A stretch of 63,343 nt of DNA, the filler included, from an uncultured bacterium (GTDB lineage Bacteria; CAYJRR01), in the NCBI GenBank assembly GCA_964372275.1. It is 3 parts of 3 records of this genome, joined end to end, with 100 filler letters (N's around TTAATTAATTAA, not from the genome) between each part and the next. Parts side by side here need not be neighbours in the genome. Positions count along the whole stretch, not along the records: positions 42,615 to 63,343 come from CAYJRR010000081.1; 2 more parts are not named here. One strand, written 5' to 3'. The notes under the pieces are model-generated. The model had not been told where the DNA came from and did no database searches. It worked only from the letters and a program-made list of their open reading frames with translations. Positions 42,815 to 51,593 of the stretch are shown in pieces (position 1 is the stretch's first letter; the number at the start of each line of letters is the position of its first letter). The translations under genes and the position numbers were made by a program.

Positions 42815-43702
42815 ATGTTCGTGCCGGAGAGGGCCTCGCTCGACGACCCGGACGGGGAGGGGATCCCGGGGGCGCAGCTGGGGGCGGCGGTCGTCGACGC
42901 GCACGTGCACCTCTTCCCCGACCGGGTGTTCGACGCCATCTGGGCCTGGTTCGACACGCACGGGTGGCCGATCCGGCGGAAGCTCTACTCCGACGCGGTC
43001 GTCGACTTCCTGCAGGCGCGCGGGGTGGAGACGGTGGTGGCGTTGCACTACGCGCACCGGCCGGGGATGGCGGCGACGCTCAACGAGTACGTCCTGGAGA
43101 TCGCCCGGCGCCGGCCCGGCGTGATTCCGACGGCGACGGTGCTTCCGGGGGAGCCGGGGGATCGCGAGATCCTGCGACGCGCGCTCGGGGAGGGGGCGCG
43201 CGGGGTGAAGATCCACTGTCACGTGCAGAACGTCGCCCCCGACGACCCGCGTCTCGACGCCGTCTTCGAGGAGGCGGCGTCGGCGCGGGTCCCGCTGGTG
43301 ATCCACTCCGGCCGCGAACCGTCGTCGGACGCCTACGGGGTCGACACGCGCTCGCTCTGCTCGGCGGAGAAGGTCGAACGGATGCTGGAGCGCCACCCGG
43401 AGACGACCGTCGTGGTGCCGCATCTCGGCGCGGACGAGTTCGAGCGGTTCGACGCGATGCTCGACCGCCATCCGCACCTTCACCTCGACACGACGATGGC
43501 AATCGCCGACTACTTCCCCGTGGGGCCGGCGCCCGGCTTCCTGGAACGGCGGGCAGGGCGATTGCTCTATGGAACCGACTTTCCGAACCTGCCCTACGCC
43601 TGGGATCGCGAGCTCAAGCGGCTGGCCGAAGCCGGACTTTCGGACGAGGCGGTGAAAGCGATCGCCGGCGGAAACGCGCGGCGTCTCTTCGGGATCGGAT
43701 GA
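42815..43702 (+). CDS. Amidohydrolase_2 family protein
   Basis: DAHVH, GVKIH, PLVIHSG, VPHLG, LLYGTDFP. Confidence 0.9.
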   Translation: MFVPERASLDDPDGEGIPGAQLGAAVVDAHVHLFPDRVFDAIWAWFDTHGWPIRRKLYSDAVVDFLQARGVETVVALHYAHRPGMAATLNEYVLEIARRRPGVIPTATVLPGEPGDREILRRALGEGARGVKIHCHVQNVAPDDPRLDAVFEEAASARVPLVIHSGREPSSDAYGVDTRSLCSAEKVERMLERHPETTVVVPHLGADEFERFDAMLDRHPHLHLDTTMAIADYFPVGPAPGFLERRAGRLLYGTDFPNLPYAWDRELKRLAEAGLSDEAVKAIAGGNARRLFGIG

Positions 43703-43744
43703 AGGTTCTCCGCGTCCGAGGACCCGTCGGGTGGCGAATGCCGT

Positions 43745-45655
43745 TCAATCGACCTTGGCGATGACGCCCGCGTCGAGGTGCCGCTTCAACGCCTCGTGGA
43801 TCTCCCGCTCCGGAATCGGGCAGATCTGCGTCAGCTCCGAGATCGTCATCTCGCGCGTCGCCAGCCGCGTGAGCAGGAAGGCGTCATTGGCGGGGATCTT
43901 CTTGCCGACCAGCTTCTGAATCGGGATCGCGAGCCGCACCTTCGTCCCCGGGGCGAGCCCCGCGGTGGCCGACTCCGAGGCCATCGCTTCGTCGACTTCG
44001 GCCAGGCGTTGTCGCGCCAGCGGGTTCATCGGATCGACCTCGAGCGCGGAGAGGAGGCCCGCCCGCGCGCCGGCGAGGTCTCCGGCGCGGAACAGCACCA
44101 ACGCCCTCGTCAGCAGCGGGACGATCGACGACTCCTCCGGCGGCGGCGGCTCCGGCGCCGCCGCGGCGGCCAGCGACTCGAGCTCCGCGGCGATCTTCCC
44201 CAGCCCGAAAGGATCGGTGTCGGTCGGCGGCGAGAGGGTCGGCACGGCGGGCGGGGCGGACCGGCCCTCCCTCCGGGGCGCCGCCGGCGCTCGATGGACG
44301 GACGGGCCGCTCGTCATGGGCGACGAGGGGGGCGGTTCGGCCGTCTCGTGGATCACGAGCCCCTCGTCTTCGTCGTCGTCCGGCGCCGGCATCGGCATCG
44401 GCGGCGCGGGGGGCGGGCGTCGCGCGGACTCCGCCGGCGGAGCGGGCGCCTGCGAGATCGCCGGCGGCGCGCTCGTCGACGGATCGGGCGAGTCGCCGAA
44501 CATCGTCGCGAGCGCGTCGTCGATGTCGAGGTCGAGCGACGGCGCCTCCTTGACCTCCTTGCCGGAGAACCCGGTGTTCGCCACGACCTTGAGCGCCCGC
44601 GCCTTCACCAGTCCGGCGAGCCGCGTCATCACGGCGAAGTCCTGACCGCGCAACTCGATGAGGATCTCCTCGATCGAGCGCCCGGCCTCCACGTGTCTGG
44701 CGAGGACCCGGTCCCCCTCGTTCTTCGGGAATCCGGTCGGCCACGATCCTCCGACCACTTCGAAACGGGCCGTCGGATCGGGCAGCAGGCGCTGCACCTC
44801 CAGCCAGCGGAAGCGCCGCATGATCCCTTCGGCGCAGATCGGCTCGAGGTCGATCGCCAGCGGAATCGGGCGTTCGGGCTGCACCACGCCGCCGGCTGCG
44901 TACTCGACCTGTCCCGCCCGCCACAGGAACAGCTCCAGCACCGACTCGCGCACCTTTTTCTCGAAGACGCGCTGGCACTGTTCGGGCGTCACCTTGCGCA
45001 GGGCGGTAAGGATCGCCCCCAACGGCTCCGCGGCGTCGTGGCCCGCGCGATAGGTGAAGGCGGCGGACAGGTCCTTCTCCGTCACCAGCCCCGCGCGCAC
45101 GAACGCCTGACCGATCGTCTCCCGCGGATCGTTGGAGGCGGCGAAGGCGACCGTCCCTTCTCGGAAGACGACCCGCTTCACCTTCTGTCCCTGGACGGCG
45201 GTGAGGATCCCCGTCTCCCCGTCCGACGCCACCTGCGCCAGGATCCGGTCGAGTGAGTCGGGCAAGGTGCCGCTGTCGACGCGGATCATCCCCATCGCCG
45301 CTTGCGCCGTGCGCAACAGGTCCGCCTTCGGGATCGGCTTCAGGAGCAGCTTGTCGTGACCGAGCTTCTGCGCGATCAGGATCTCGTCCTCGGCCGTCGC
45401 GCCGGACAGGAAGACGACGGGCGTCTGTGCGTGGACCTTTTGCCGCCGCAACTCGTCGCGCAGGGCGAAGCCGTCCATCTCCGGCAGGTTGACGTCGAGG
45501 AGGAAGAGGTCGAACCGTCCACCGGCCGCCTGCCGGAGCGCCTCCGAGGGGCGGCTCGCGTAGACGACGTCGTGTCCGTCCTGCCGGAGAACCTCTTCGA
45601 CCAGGCGTGGCACCGTCTCGTCGTCGTCCACCAGAAGGATGCGGCGAGCGCCCAC
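43745..45655 (-). CDS. Response regulator with DUF4388-like domain, Pro-rich linker and TPR-like C-terminus
   Basis: ILLVDDD, LLDVNLPEMDG, PVVFLSG, KP; ETGILT..KRVVFREG..FAASNDPRETIGQ..LFLWRAG. Confidence 0.85.
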   Translation of the reverse strand: MGARRILLVDDDETVPRLVEEVLRQDGHDVVYASRPSEALRQAAGGRFDLFLLDVNLPEMDGFALRDELRRQKVHAQTPVVFLSGATAEDEILIAQKLGHDKLLLKPIPKADLLRTAQAAMGMIRVDSGTLPDSLDRILAQVASDGETGILTAVQGQKVKRVVFREGTVAFAASNDPRETIGQAFVRAGLVTEKDLSAAFTYRAGHDAAEPLGAILTALRKVTPEQCQRVFEKKVRESVLELFLWRAGQVEYAAGGVVQPERPIPLAIDLEPICAEGIMRRFRWLEVQRLLPDPTARFEVVGGSWPTGFPKNEGDRVLARHVEAGRSIEEILIELRGQDFAVMTRLAGLVKARALKVVANTGFSGKEVKEAPSLDLDIDDALATMFGDSPDPSTSAPPAISQAPAPPAESARRPPPAPPMPMPAPDDDEDEGLVIHETAEPPPSSPMTSGPSVHRAPAAPRREGRSAPPAVPTLSPPTDTDPFGLGKIAAELESLAAAAAPEPPPPEESSIVPLLTRALVLFRAGDLAGARAGLLSALEVDPMNPLARQRLAEVDEAMASESATAGLAPGTKVRLAIPIQKLVGKKIPANDAFLLTRLATREMTISELTQICPIPEREIHEALKRHLDAGVIAKVD

Positions 45656-45664
45656 GTTCGTATC

Positions 45665-46099
45665 CTACACGAGCGTCGCGATCCGGGCGCGCGCCAGCTC
45701 GAGCACGCGGCGCTCGTTCGCGAAGGTAAGGGTCTTCACCGCCTCGTCGATCGGGAACCATTGCGCGTCGAGGCATTCGTCGTCGTGGTCCCGTGTGTCG
45801 CCGCCGACGAACCGGAGCAGGTAGAGGTGTACCGACTTGTGCCGCCGCTGCCGCCGCGTGCCGGCGGAGAACCAGTATTCGATCGTCTCCAACGGCTCGA
45901 TCACCTCGCCGTCGATCCCCGTCTCCTCGCGGACCTCGCGCCGAGCGGCCTGCTCGCGCGTCTCGCCGGGCTCGATCGCCCCCTTGGCGAGCTGCCACCG
46001 GTCGGGGCGGGTCTGGATCAGGACCACCTCCACCCGGTCTTCGAGCCGCCGGAACAGCACGCCTCCCGCGGAGACGTCGTGCTGGACGTTGGCGCTCAC
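45665..46099 (-). CDS. NUDIX hydrolase
   Basis: SAGGV; intact Nudix box GAIEPGETREQAARREVREETG. Confidence 0.92.
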   Translation of the reverse strand: MSANVQHDVSAGGVLFRRLEDRVEVVLIQTRPDRWQLAKGAIEPGETREQAARREVREETGIDGEVIEPLETIEYWFSAGTRRQRRHKSVHLYLLRFVGGDTRDHDDECLDAQWFPIDEAVKTLTFANERRVLELARARIATLV

Positions 46100-46183
46100 C
46101 TCCTCTTTATCTCTCGCGCGCTGCTAGGCCGGCAAGCGCCGAACGCATTGACTTTGCTTCCCGGCGATCGACAAACTCCGCGC

Positions 46184-46831
46184 ATGCAAACGGCGGCCGA
46201 CAAGCGGCACTTCGCGCTTCGAAAGCTCCACTCGCTGACCGGTCTTCTCCCGATCGGCGGCTATCTCTTCTTCCACCTTTTCGAGAACTCGATGGTGCGC
46301 TTCCGCGGCGCGGAAGGGTTCAACGAGCAGGCGAAGTGGATCGGCGAGCTTCCGCTCCTGCAGGTGGTGGAGGCGATCCTCCTCGGATCGATCCTGTTCC
46401 ACGGGTTCTACGGGCTGGTCATCACCATGGACATGAAGGTGAACGTCACCCGTTATCCGAAGGCCCGGAACTGGATGTACGTCCTGCAGCGCGTCACCGG
46501 ACTGATCGCGTTCGCCTTCATCGGCTGGCACTTCTACCAGACGCGCTGGCAGTACTACGCCGGCGAATTCGGGTTCCAGGCGCCGGTCGAGGTCTCGGCC
46601 GCGTGGATGCGGGACAACATCTGGGGACACGGCTGGGCGGTGGCGGCCTACCTGGTCGGCGTCGTCTCCAGCGTCTTCCACCTGACCAACGGGATCTGGA
46701 ACATGCTGATCTCCTGGGGCGTCACCGTCGGCCCGACGGCGCAGCGCGTCTCCGCCTGGGCGTGCAACTCGGTGTTCGTCGTCGTCTCCGCCTTCGGGGT
46801 GTGGGTCGTCTTCGGCTTCCGGAACGTCTGA
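46184..46831 (+). CDS. sdhC: Succinate dehydrogenase cytochrome b558 subunit (Bacillus-type single anchor)
   Basis: RKLHSLTGLLPIG.YLFFHL, FHG.YG, LQRVTG, WH, FHLTNG.W. Confidence 0.92.
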   Translation: MQTAADKRHFALRKLHSLTGLLPIGGYLFFHLFENSMVRFRGAEGFNEQAKWIGELPLLQVVEAILLGSILFHGFYGLVITMDMKVNVTRYPKARNWMYVLQRVTGLIAFAFIGWHFYQTRWQYYAGEFGFQAPVEVSAAWMRDNIWGHGWAVAAYLVGVVSSVFHLTNGIWNMLISWGVTVGPTAQRVSAWACNSVFVVVSAFGVWVVFGFRNV

Positions 46832-46842
46832 GGAAAAATCGA

Positions 46843-48621
46843 ATGGCTTTCGGTCGCGTCAGCGTCATCGGTGGAGGCCTCGCCGGCCTCATGACCACCA
46901 TCAAGATCTGCGAGCTCGGGGTGCCGGTCGACCTCTTCTCGTTCGTGCCGGTGAAGCGCAGCCACTCGGTCTGCGCGCAGGGCGGAATCAACGGCGCGGT
47001 GAACACCAAAGGAGAAGGGGACCATCCCGACATCCACTTCAAGGACACCTGCAAGGGGGGCGACTACCTCGCCGACCAGCCGCTGGTGAAGGGGATGTGC
47101 TACGCGGCGCCGGGGATCATCTACCTCCTCGACCGGATGGGGGTGCCATTCAACCGCACCGCCGAGGGGCTGATCGACTTCCGCCGCTTCGGCGGCACGC
47201 TCCACCACCGCACCGCCTTCGCCGGCGCCACCACCGGCCAGCAGCTCCTCTACGCGCTCGACGAGCAGGTGCGGCGTTTCGAGAGCGAGGGGCTGGTGAA
47301 GAAGTACGAATTCTGGGAGTTCCTGGGCCTGGTCCGCGACGAGAAGGGGATCGTCCGCGGCCACGTGGCGATGAACCTCCACGACATGCGGATCGAGACG
47401 TTCCGCGCCGACGCGGTGAACCTCTGCACCGGCGGTCCCGGGCTGATCTTCGGGAAGTCGACGCAGTCGATGATCTGCAACGGCACCGCCGCCTCGATCG
47501 CCTACCAGCAGGGGGCGTGGTACGCGAACGGCGAGTTCATCCAGATCCACCCCACCGCCATCCCCGCCGACGACAAGCTGCGGCTGATGAGCGAGTCGCT
47601 GCGCGGCGAGGGCGGGCGCGTCTGGACCTACAAGGACGGGAAGCCGTGGTACTTCCTGGAGGAGCGTTATCCGAAGTACCGGAACCTGGTCCCGCGCGAC
47701 ATCGCCACCCGCGAGATCTTCCAGGTGGTGCGCGAGATGGGCTTGGGCGTCGACGGCAAGGACCAGGTCTACCTCGACGTCAGCCACATCCCCGAGGAGA
47801 CGCTGCGGCGCAAGCTCGAAGGGGTGATCGAGATCTACGAGAAGTTCGTCGGCGACAATCCGGCAAAGGTCCCGATGCGGGTCTTCCCCGCCGTTCACTA
47901 TTCGATGGGCGGGATCTGGGTGAACTACAAGGCCGGCGCCGACGGATTCCCGGTGGTGGGGGCGCCGGAGAACCAGCAGACCAATGTCCCCGGCCTGTTC
48001 GCGGGGGGCGAGGCCGATTCGCAGTACCACGGCGCCAACCGCCTCGGCGCGAACTCGCTGCTCTCCTGCATCTACGCCGGGATGGTCGGCGGGCCGGCGA
48101 TGGTCTCCTGGTCGAAGTCGCTCGAGAAGGGGGCCGACGCGGTGTCCTCGTCGACCTTCGACGCGGAGAAGCGCCGCTGGGAGGAGAGCTTCGCCGAGAT
48201 CCGATCGATGCGCGGGCGGGAGAACCCCTACAAAATGTGGCGCGAGCTGGGCGAGATGATGACCAGCCACTGCACCGTCGTCCGCAACAACAAGGACCTG
48301 ACGTGGCTTTCCGGCAAGCTCGACGAGATGTCGACCCGCTGGGAGCAGATCGACGTGCTCGACACCGGTCCGGTCGCCAACCAGTCGGTGCCGTTCGTCA
48401 ACCAGCTCTGGAACATGATCGAATTGGCGAAGGTGATCGCCAAGGGGGCGCTGGCCCGCGACGAGAGCCGCGGCGCGCACTACAAGCCCGAGTTCCCCAA
48501 GCGCGACGACGAACGCTGGATGAAGACGACGCTCGCCTCCTGGACGCCGACCGGTCCGAAGCTCGACTACCGGTCGGTCGACGTGTCGCTCCAGAAGCCC
48601 GAAGAGAGGAAGTACACATGA
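46843..48621 (+). CDS. sdhA: Succinate dehydrogenase flavoprotein subunit
   Basis: GGGLAG, RSHSVCAQGGIN, QIHPT, SESLRGEGG, HYSMGG, HGANRLGANSL, ESRGAH. Confidence 0.96.
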   Translation: MAFGRVSVIGGGLAGLMTTIKICELGVPVDLFSFVPVKRSHSVCAQGGINGAVNTKGEGDHPDIHFKDTCKGGDYLADQPLVKGMCYAAPGIIYLLDRMGVPFNRTAEGLIDFRRFGGTLHHRTAFAGATTGQQLLYALDEQVRRFESEGLVKKYEFWEFLGLVRDEKGIVRGHVAMNLHDMRIETFRADAVNLCTGGPGLIFGKSTQSMICNGTAASIAYQQGAWYANGEFIQIHPTAIPADDKLRLMSESLRGEGGRVWTYKDGKPWYFLEERYPKYRNLVPRDIATREIFQVVREMGLGVDGKDQVYLDVSHIPEETLRRKLEGVIEIYEKFVGDNPAKVPMRVFPAVHYSMGGIWVNYKAGADGFPVVGAPENQQTNVPGLFAGGEADSQYHGANRLGANSLLSCIYAGMVGGPAMVSWSKSLEKGADAVSSSTFDAEKRRWEESFAEIRSMRGRENPYKMWRELGEMMTSHCTVVRNNKDLTWLSGKLDEMSTRWEQIDVLDTGPVANQSVPFVNQLWNMIELAKVIAKGALARDESRGAHYKPEFPKRDDERWMKTTLASWTPTGPKLDYRSVDVSLQKPEERKYT

Positions 48622-49364
48622 GCCGAACGGTGGAGTTCCGGATCTGGCGGCAGGAGCGCGAGGGGGCCCCGGCTCGGTGGGAGGAGTTCCAGGTCCCCTG
48701 GTCGCCGTCGCTCAACGTCATCAGCGCCCTGATGAAGATCCGGGAGAACCCGGTGACGCGCGACGGACGGACGACGTCGCCGCCGTCCTACGACGCGGCG
48801 TGCCTGGAGGAGGTCTGCGGCTCCTGCACCATGAACATCAACGGCAAGGCGATGCAGGCCTGCTCGACGCTGGTCGACCACCTGGAGCAGCCGATCACCC
48901 TCGAGCCGATGCGCAAGTTCCCGTTGGTGCGCGACCTGACGGTGAACCGCCAGCGGATGTTCGACGGGCTGGTGAAGACCAAGTCGTGGATCCCGATCGA
49001 CGGATCGCACGACCTGGGACCGGGTCCGCGCCAGGATCCGCACGAGCAGGAGTGGCGCTACGTGTTGTCGACCTGCATGACCTGCGGCTGCTGCCTGGAG
49101 GCCTGCCCCAACTACGGTCCCCACTCCGCTTTCATCGGCCCCCAGGTGATCAGCCAGGTGCGGCTGATGAACACCCATCCGACCGGCTCGATGCACGCCG
49201 ACGATCGCCTCGACGCGATAATGGGGGACGGCGGCGTCACCGACTGCGGCAACGCCCAGAACTGCGTCGTCGCCTGCCCCAAGGAGATCCCGCTGACGAC
49301 GTCGCTCGCCGACATGTTCCGCGCGACGACGGCCAAGGCGGTCCGCGATCTCTTCGGCCGGTAG
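48618..49364 (+). CDS. sdhB: Succinate dehydrogenase iron-sulfur subunit
   Basis: CLEEVCGSC, CMTCGCCLEACP, CGNAQNCVVACP; ATGA overlap. Confidence 0.96.
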   Translation: MSRTVEFRIWRQEREGAPARWEEFQVPWSPSLNVISALMKIRENPVTRDGRTTSPPSYDAACLEEVCGSCTMNINGKAMQACSTLVDHLEQPITLEPMRKFPLVRDLTVNRQRMFDGLVKTKSWIPIDGSHDLGPGPRQDPHEQEWRYVLSTCMTCGCCLEACPNYGPHSAFIGPQVISQVRLMNTHPTGSMHADDRLDAIMGDGGVTDCGNAQNCVVACPKEIPLTTSLADMFRATTAKAVRDLFGR

Positions 49365-49377
49365 CCGCGAGAAGCAA

Positions 49378-49809
49378 TTACCCTGCGGGGACGATCGGCT
49401 CGAACCCCTCCGCTTCGGCGGCGGCGGCGAGGCGGGAGTCTCCCGTGACGAACGACCGTCCACGCGGACGGCCCTGGGCCATTGCGAGTGCGGCCCCGAG
49501 CTGCAGCGCATCGGCGGAGCGGAGCGGGTGGACGGCGACGAGCCGCTCGGCGTGATCGCGGACGACGCCGACCTGCTCGATCTCCGTCCAGGAGGTCGCG
49601 AGGCGCTGCATTCTCCGCAACGAGTCGGTGAGCGGGCCCGGGTCCAGATCCCCGTCGCGTGCCTTGCGCCGCAGTGCGCAGACGATCTCGACGCGCGTCA
49701 GGATCCAGATGGCCACACGATCGTCCTGGCGCAGCACGCGGCGATACGCGGCGCTGCCCGGCTCCTCGACAACGAGGGGGACCAGCGCGGACGAATCCCA
49801 GAACCTCAT
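49378..49809 (-). CDS. vapC: VapC-family PIN domain toxin
   Basis: FWDSSALVPL..E, LRSADALQLGAAL, FVTGDSRLAAAA..EG. Confidence 0.9.
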   Translation of the reverse strand: MRFWDSSALVPLVVEEPGSAAYRRVLRQDDRVAIWILTRVEIVCALRRKARDGDLDPGPLTDSLRRMQRLATSWTEIEQVGVVRDHAERLVAVHPLRSADALQLGAALAMAQGRPRGRSFVTGDSRLAAAAEAEGFEPIVPAG

Positions 49810-50105
49810 CGCCCCGACCGCCGCTCCTCGATGATCAGCTCCGAGAGCGGTCGGCCGCGCGCTCGCGGACCGGGGCGAAAGATCTCCTTCGGAACGCTGC
49901 CTCGACCGCGACGAATCACGCCCAGGCGCTCTAGCTCCTCGAGCTCGGCCTCCTCGTCGGCCGGAGCGTCGCTTCCGGCTCCGACGGGAACGAGGTCGGC
50001 GACCGGAACGCCGCGGACGAGGATCCGGACCGATTCGCCGGACCGTACCCGGGCGACGTAGCGCGACAGGTGGTCCTTCGCCTCGGAGAGCGGGATCGTC
50101 TTCAC
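49806..50105 (-). CDS. Phd/YefM-family antitoxin
   Basis: KTIPLSEAKDHLSRYVARVRSGESVRILVRGVPVADLVP; ATGA overlap with the toxin. Confidence 0.9.
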   Translation of the reverse strand: MKTIPLSEAKDHLSRYVARVRSGESVRILVRGVPVADLVPVGAGSDAPADEEAELEELERLGVIRRGRGSVPKEIFRPGPRARGRPLSELIIEERRSGR

Positions 50106-50106
50106 A

Positions 50107-50144
50107 TGGCTAATCTAGCCAGAATCACGTAGCTAGTCAAGCTA
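50107..50144 (-). promoter_or_regulatory. TA promoter with two operator palindromes
   Basis: Minus strand TTGACT-N17-TAGATT-N6-GTG; palindromes TGGCTA-ATC-TAGCCA (50107-50121) and TAGCT-AGTCA-AGCTA (50130-50144). Confidence 0.75.
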
Positions 50145-50811
50145 GATCCTGCCGTGGGCCGGATGCCACGTGCCGGCCGACGGGCTGATCGGCGGGGATT
50201 CTCCGGCTCAGGGCCGGCGAATCGGCGGCGCAGAAGCGCCAGGGCCGGTCGACGGCCTTCGTGATCCCGATGCGGGGGCCGGCCGCGATCCGGCGGAAGC
50301 GCGCGCGTGCGGATCGCCCGGGGTCGTAGAGGGCGATCGGTCCAGTGACGAGGTCGAGGCCGTTCTGGTCCCGGCCGATGGCGAGTGCGCGGGCGAGGTT
50401 TCCCGGGCCGCGACAGAGACGGGCCATGCTCGTGGCGCCGCGGCGGCGAGACATGGCGTCGATCCCCCCGACCGGCTCGAGGGCACGGATCAGCACCGCC
50501 GAGCCGCGGCCCGCGCGGCCGGTGACGGCGTTCATGCACCAGTGGACGCCGTAGCTGAGGTAGACGTAAGCGATTCCGGGCGGACCGAACATCACCCCAT
50601 TGCGCGGCGTGCGGCCGCGGAACGAGTGGCTCGCCGGGTCGTCCTGGTCGTAGGCCTCGGTCTCGACCACGATCCCGGCGGCAAGCCCATCCGGGGCGTC
50701 GTGGGCCAGCACCATCCCGATCAGCGCGCGCGCCACGACTTCGGGCCGGCGGGCGAAGAAGTCGCGTCCGAGCCGGGAGCCGATGGCGCCGCGGGTCAGT
50801 ACTCCATCCAT
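50137..50811 (-). CDS. DNA-3-methyladenine glycosylase (MPG/AAG type)
   Basis: IVVETEAY, MFGPPG.AYVYLSYGVHWCMN, AVLIRALEP, GPG.L, PRIGI..PWRF; start approximate. Confidence 0.92.
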   Translation of the reverse strand: MDGVLTRGAIGSRLGRDFFARRPEVVARALIGMVLAHDAPDGLAAGIVVETEAYDQDDPASHSFRGRTPRNGVMFGPPGIAYVYLSYGVHWCMNAVTGRAGRGSAVLIRALEPVGGIDAMSRRRGATSMARLCRGPGNLARALAIGRDQNGLDLVTGPIALYDPGRSARARFRRIAAGPRIGITKAVDRPWRFCAADSPALSRRIPADQPVGRHVASGPRQDLA

Positions 50812-51485
50812 TCGGCGTTCGCCGGGACGGCGCCCGAGTCGAGCTCGGTGCCGGTCGCGACCTCGACCGTGCGGGTGACGTCCTTGTTCTCGCCGAGGTC
50901 GGGCCGCCGGGCGACGTCCACCTCGCGGAAGGCGAGGTAACGTCCGTCCCTGGACCATCGCGCGAGCGTCACCGCGCGCCGCCAGTCGTTGGAGTTCACC
51001 GTCTGGCTGCGGAACGGCTTCTCGGACACGCCGGCCGCATCGCCGATCCAGTAGTCGATCAACTGCTCGTTCTCGACGTCGCGCTCGGTCGTCCAGAAGG
51101 TCTTCTCGCCGTTCGGGCTGCGGATCGCCTTGATGCCGTCGACGCGGACGACGGTGTAGTCCTCCATCCCCGATCCGCTGGGGAAGGTCAGGTCCTCGGA
51201 GACGTCGTCCTGGGTGCGGTACTGCCCGTCCGGCCCCTTGGAGGCGATGCGGATTTGCCGGATTCCGAGCCGCTCGTAGACGTAGGGCGCCCCCCACGGA
51301 TCCTTCGGGCACCCGGCGACCTCGGTCAACTCGTCGAAGTGCGCCTGGCTTCCGGGGACGACCCCCTTCGACATCAGCACGCTCGCCTGGAGACCGATCT
51401 CCTTGCGCGCGAGATCGGACTTCCCCGCGGTGTTGCAGCCGGCGGCGACCAGGACGAGGACGGCGAGCGGAGGGCGAATCGACAT
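50796..51485 (-). CDS. Lipoprotein with GspG-like (T2SSG) segment
   Basis: Lipobox AAGC; PKDPWGAPYVY..IRIASKGPDGQYRTQDDV; C-terminal WSRDGRYLAF. Confidence 0.65.
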   Translation of the reverse strand: MSIRPPLAVLVLVAAGCNTAGKSDLARKEIGLQASVLMSKGVVPGSQAHFDELTEVAGCPKDPWGAPYVYERLGIRQIRIASKGPDGQYRTQDDVSEDLTFPSGSGMEDYTVVRVDGIKAIRSPNGEKTFWTTERDVENEQLIDYWIGDAAGVSEKPFRSQTVNSNDWRRAVTLARWSRDGRYLAFREVDVARRPDLGENKDVTRTVEVATGTELDSGAVPANAEWMEY

Positions 51486-51593
51486 GCGCGCCTTGTAGCA
51501 TCGGCCCACAGCGCGGCCAAGAGCGCCGGCCGGGGCGCGGGGGGCGTCGGATGCGTCCGGCGGCGTCGGCCGGTGCGGTAGGATCGGAGGCGG

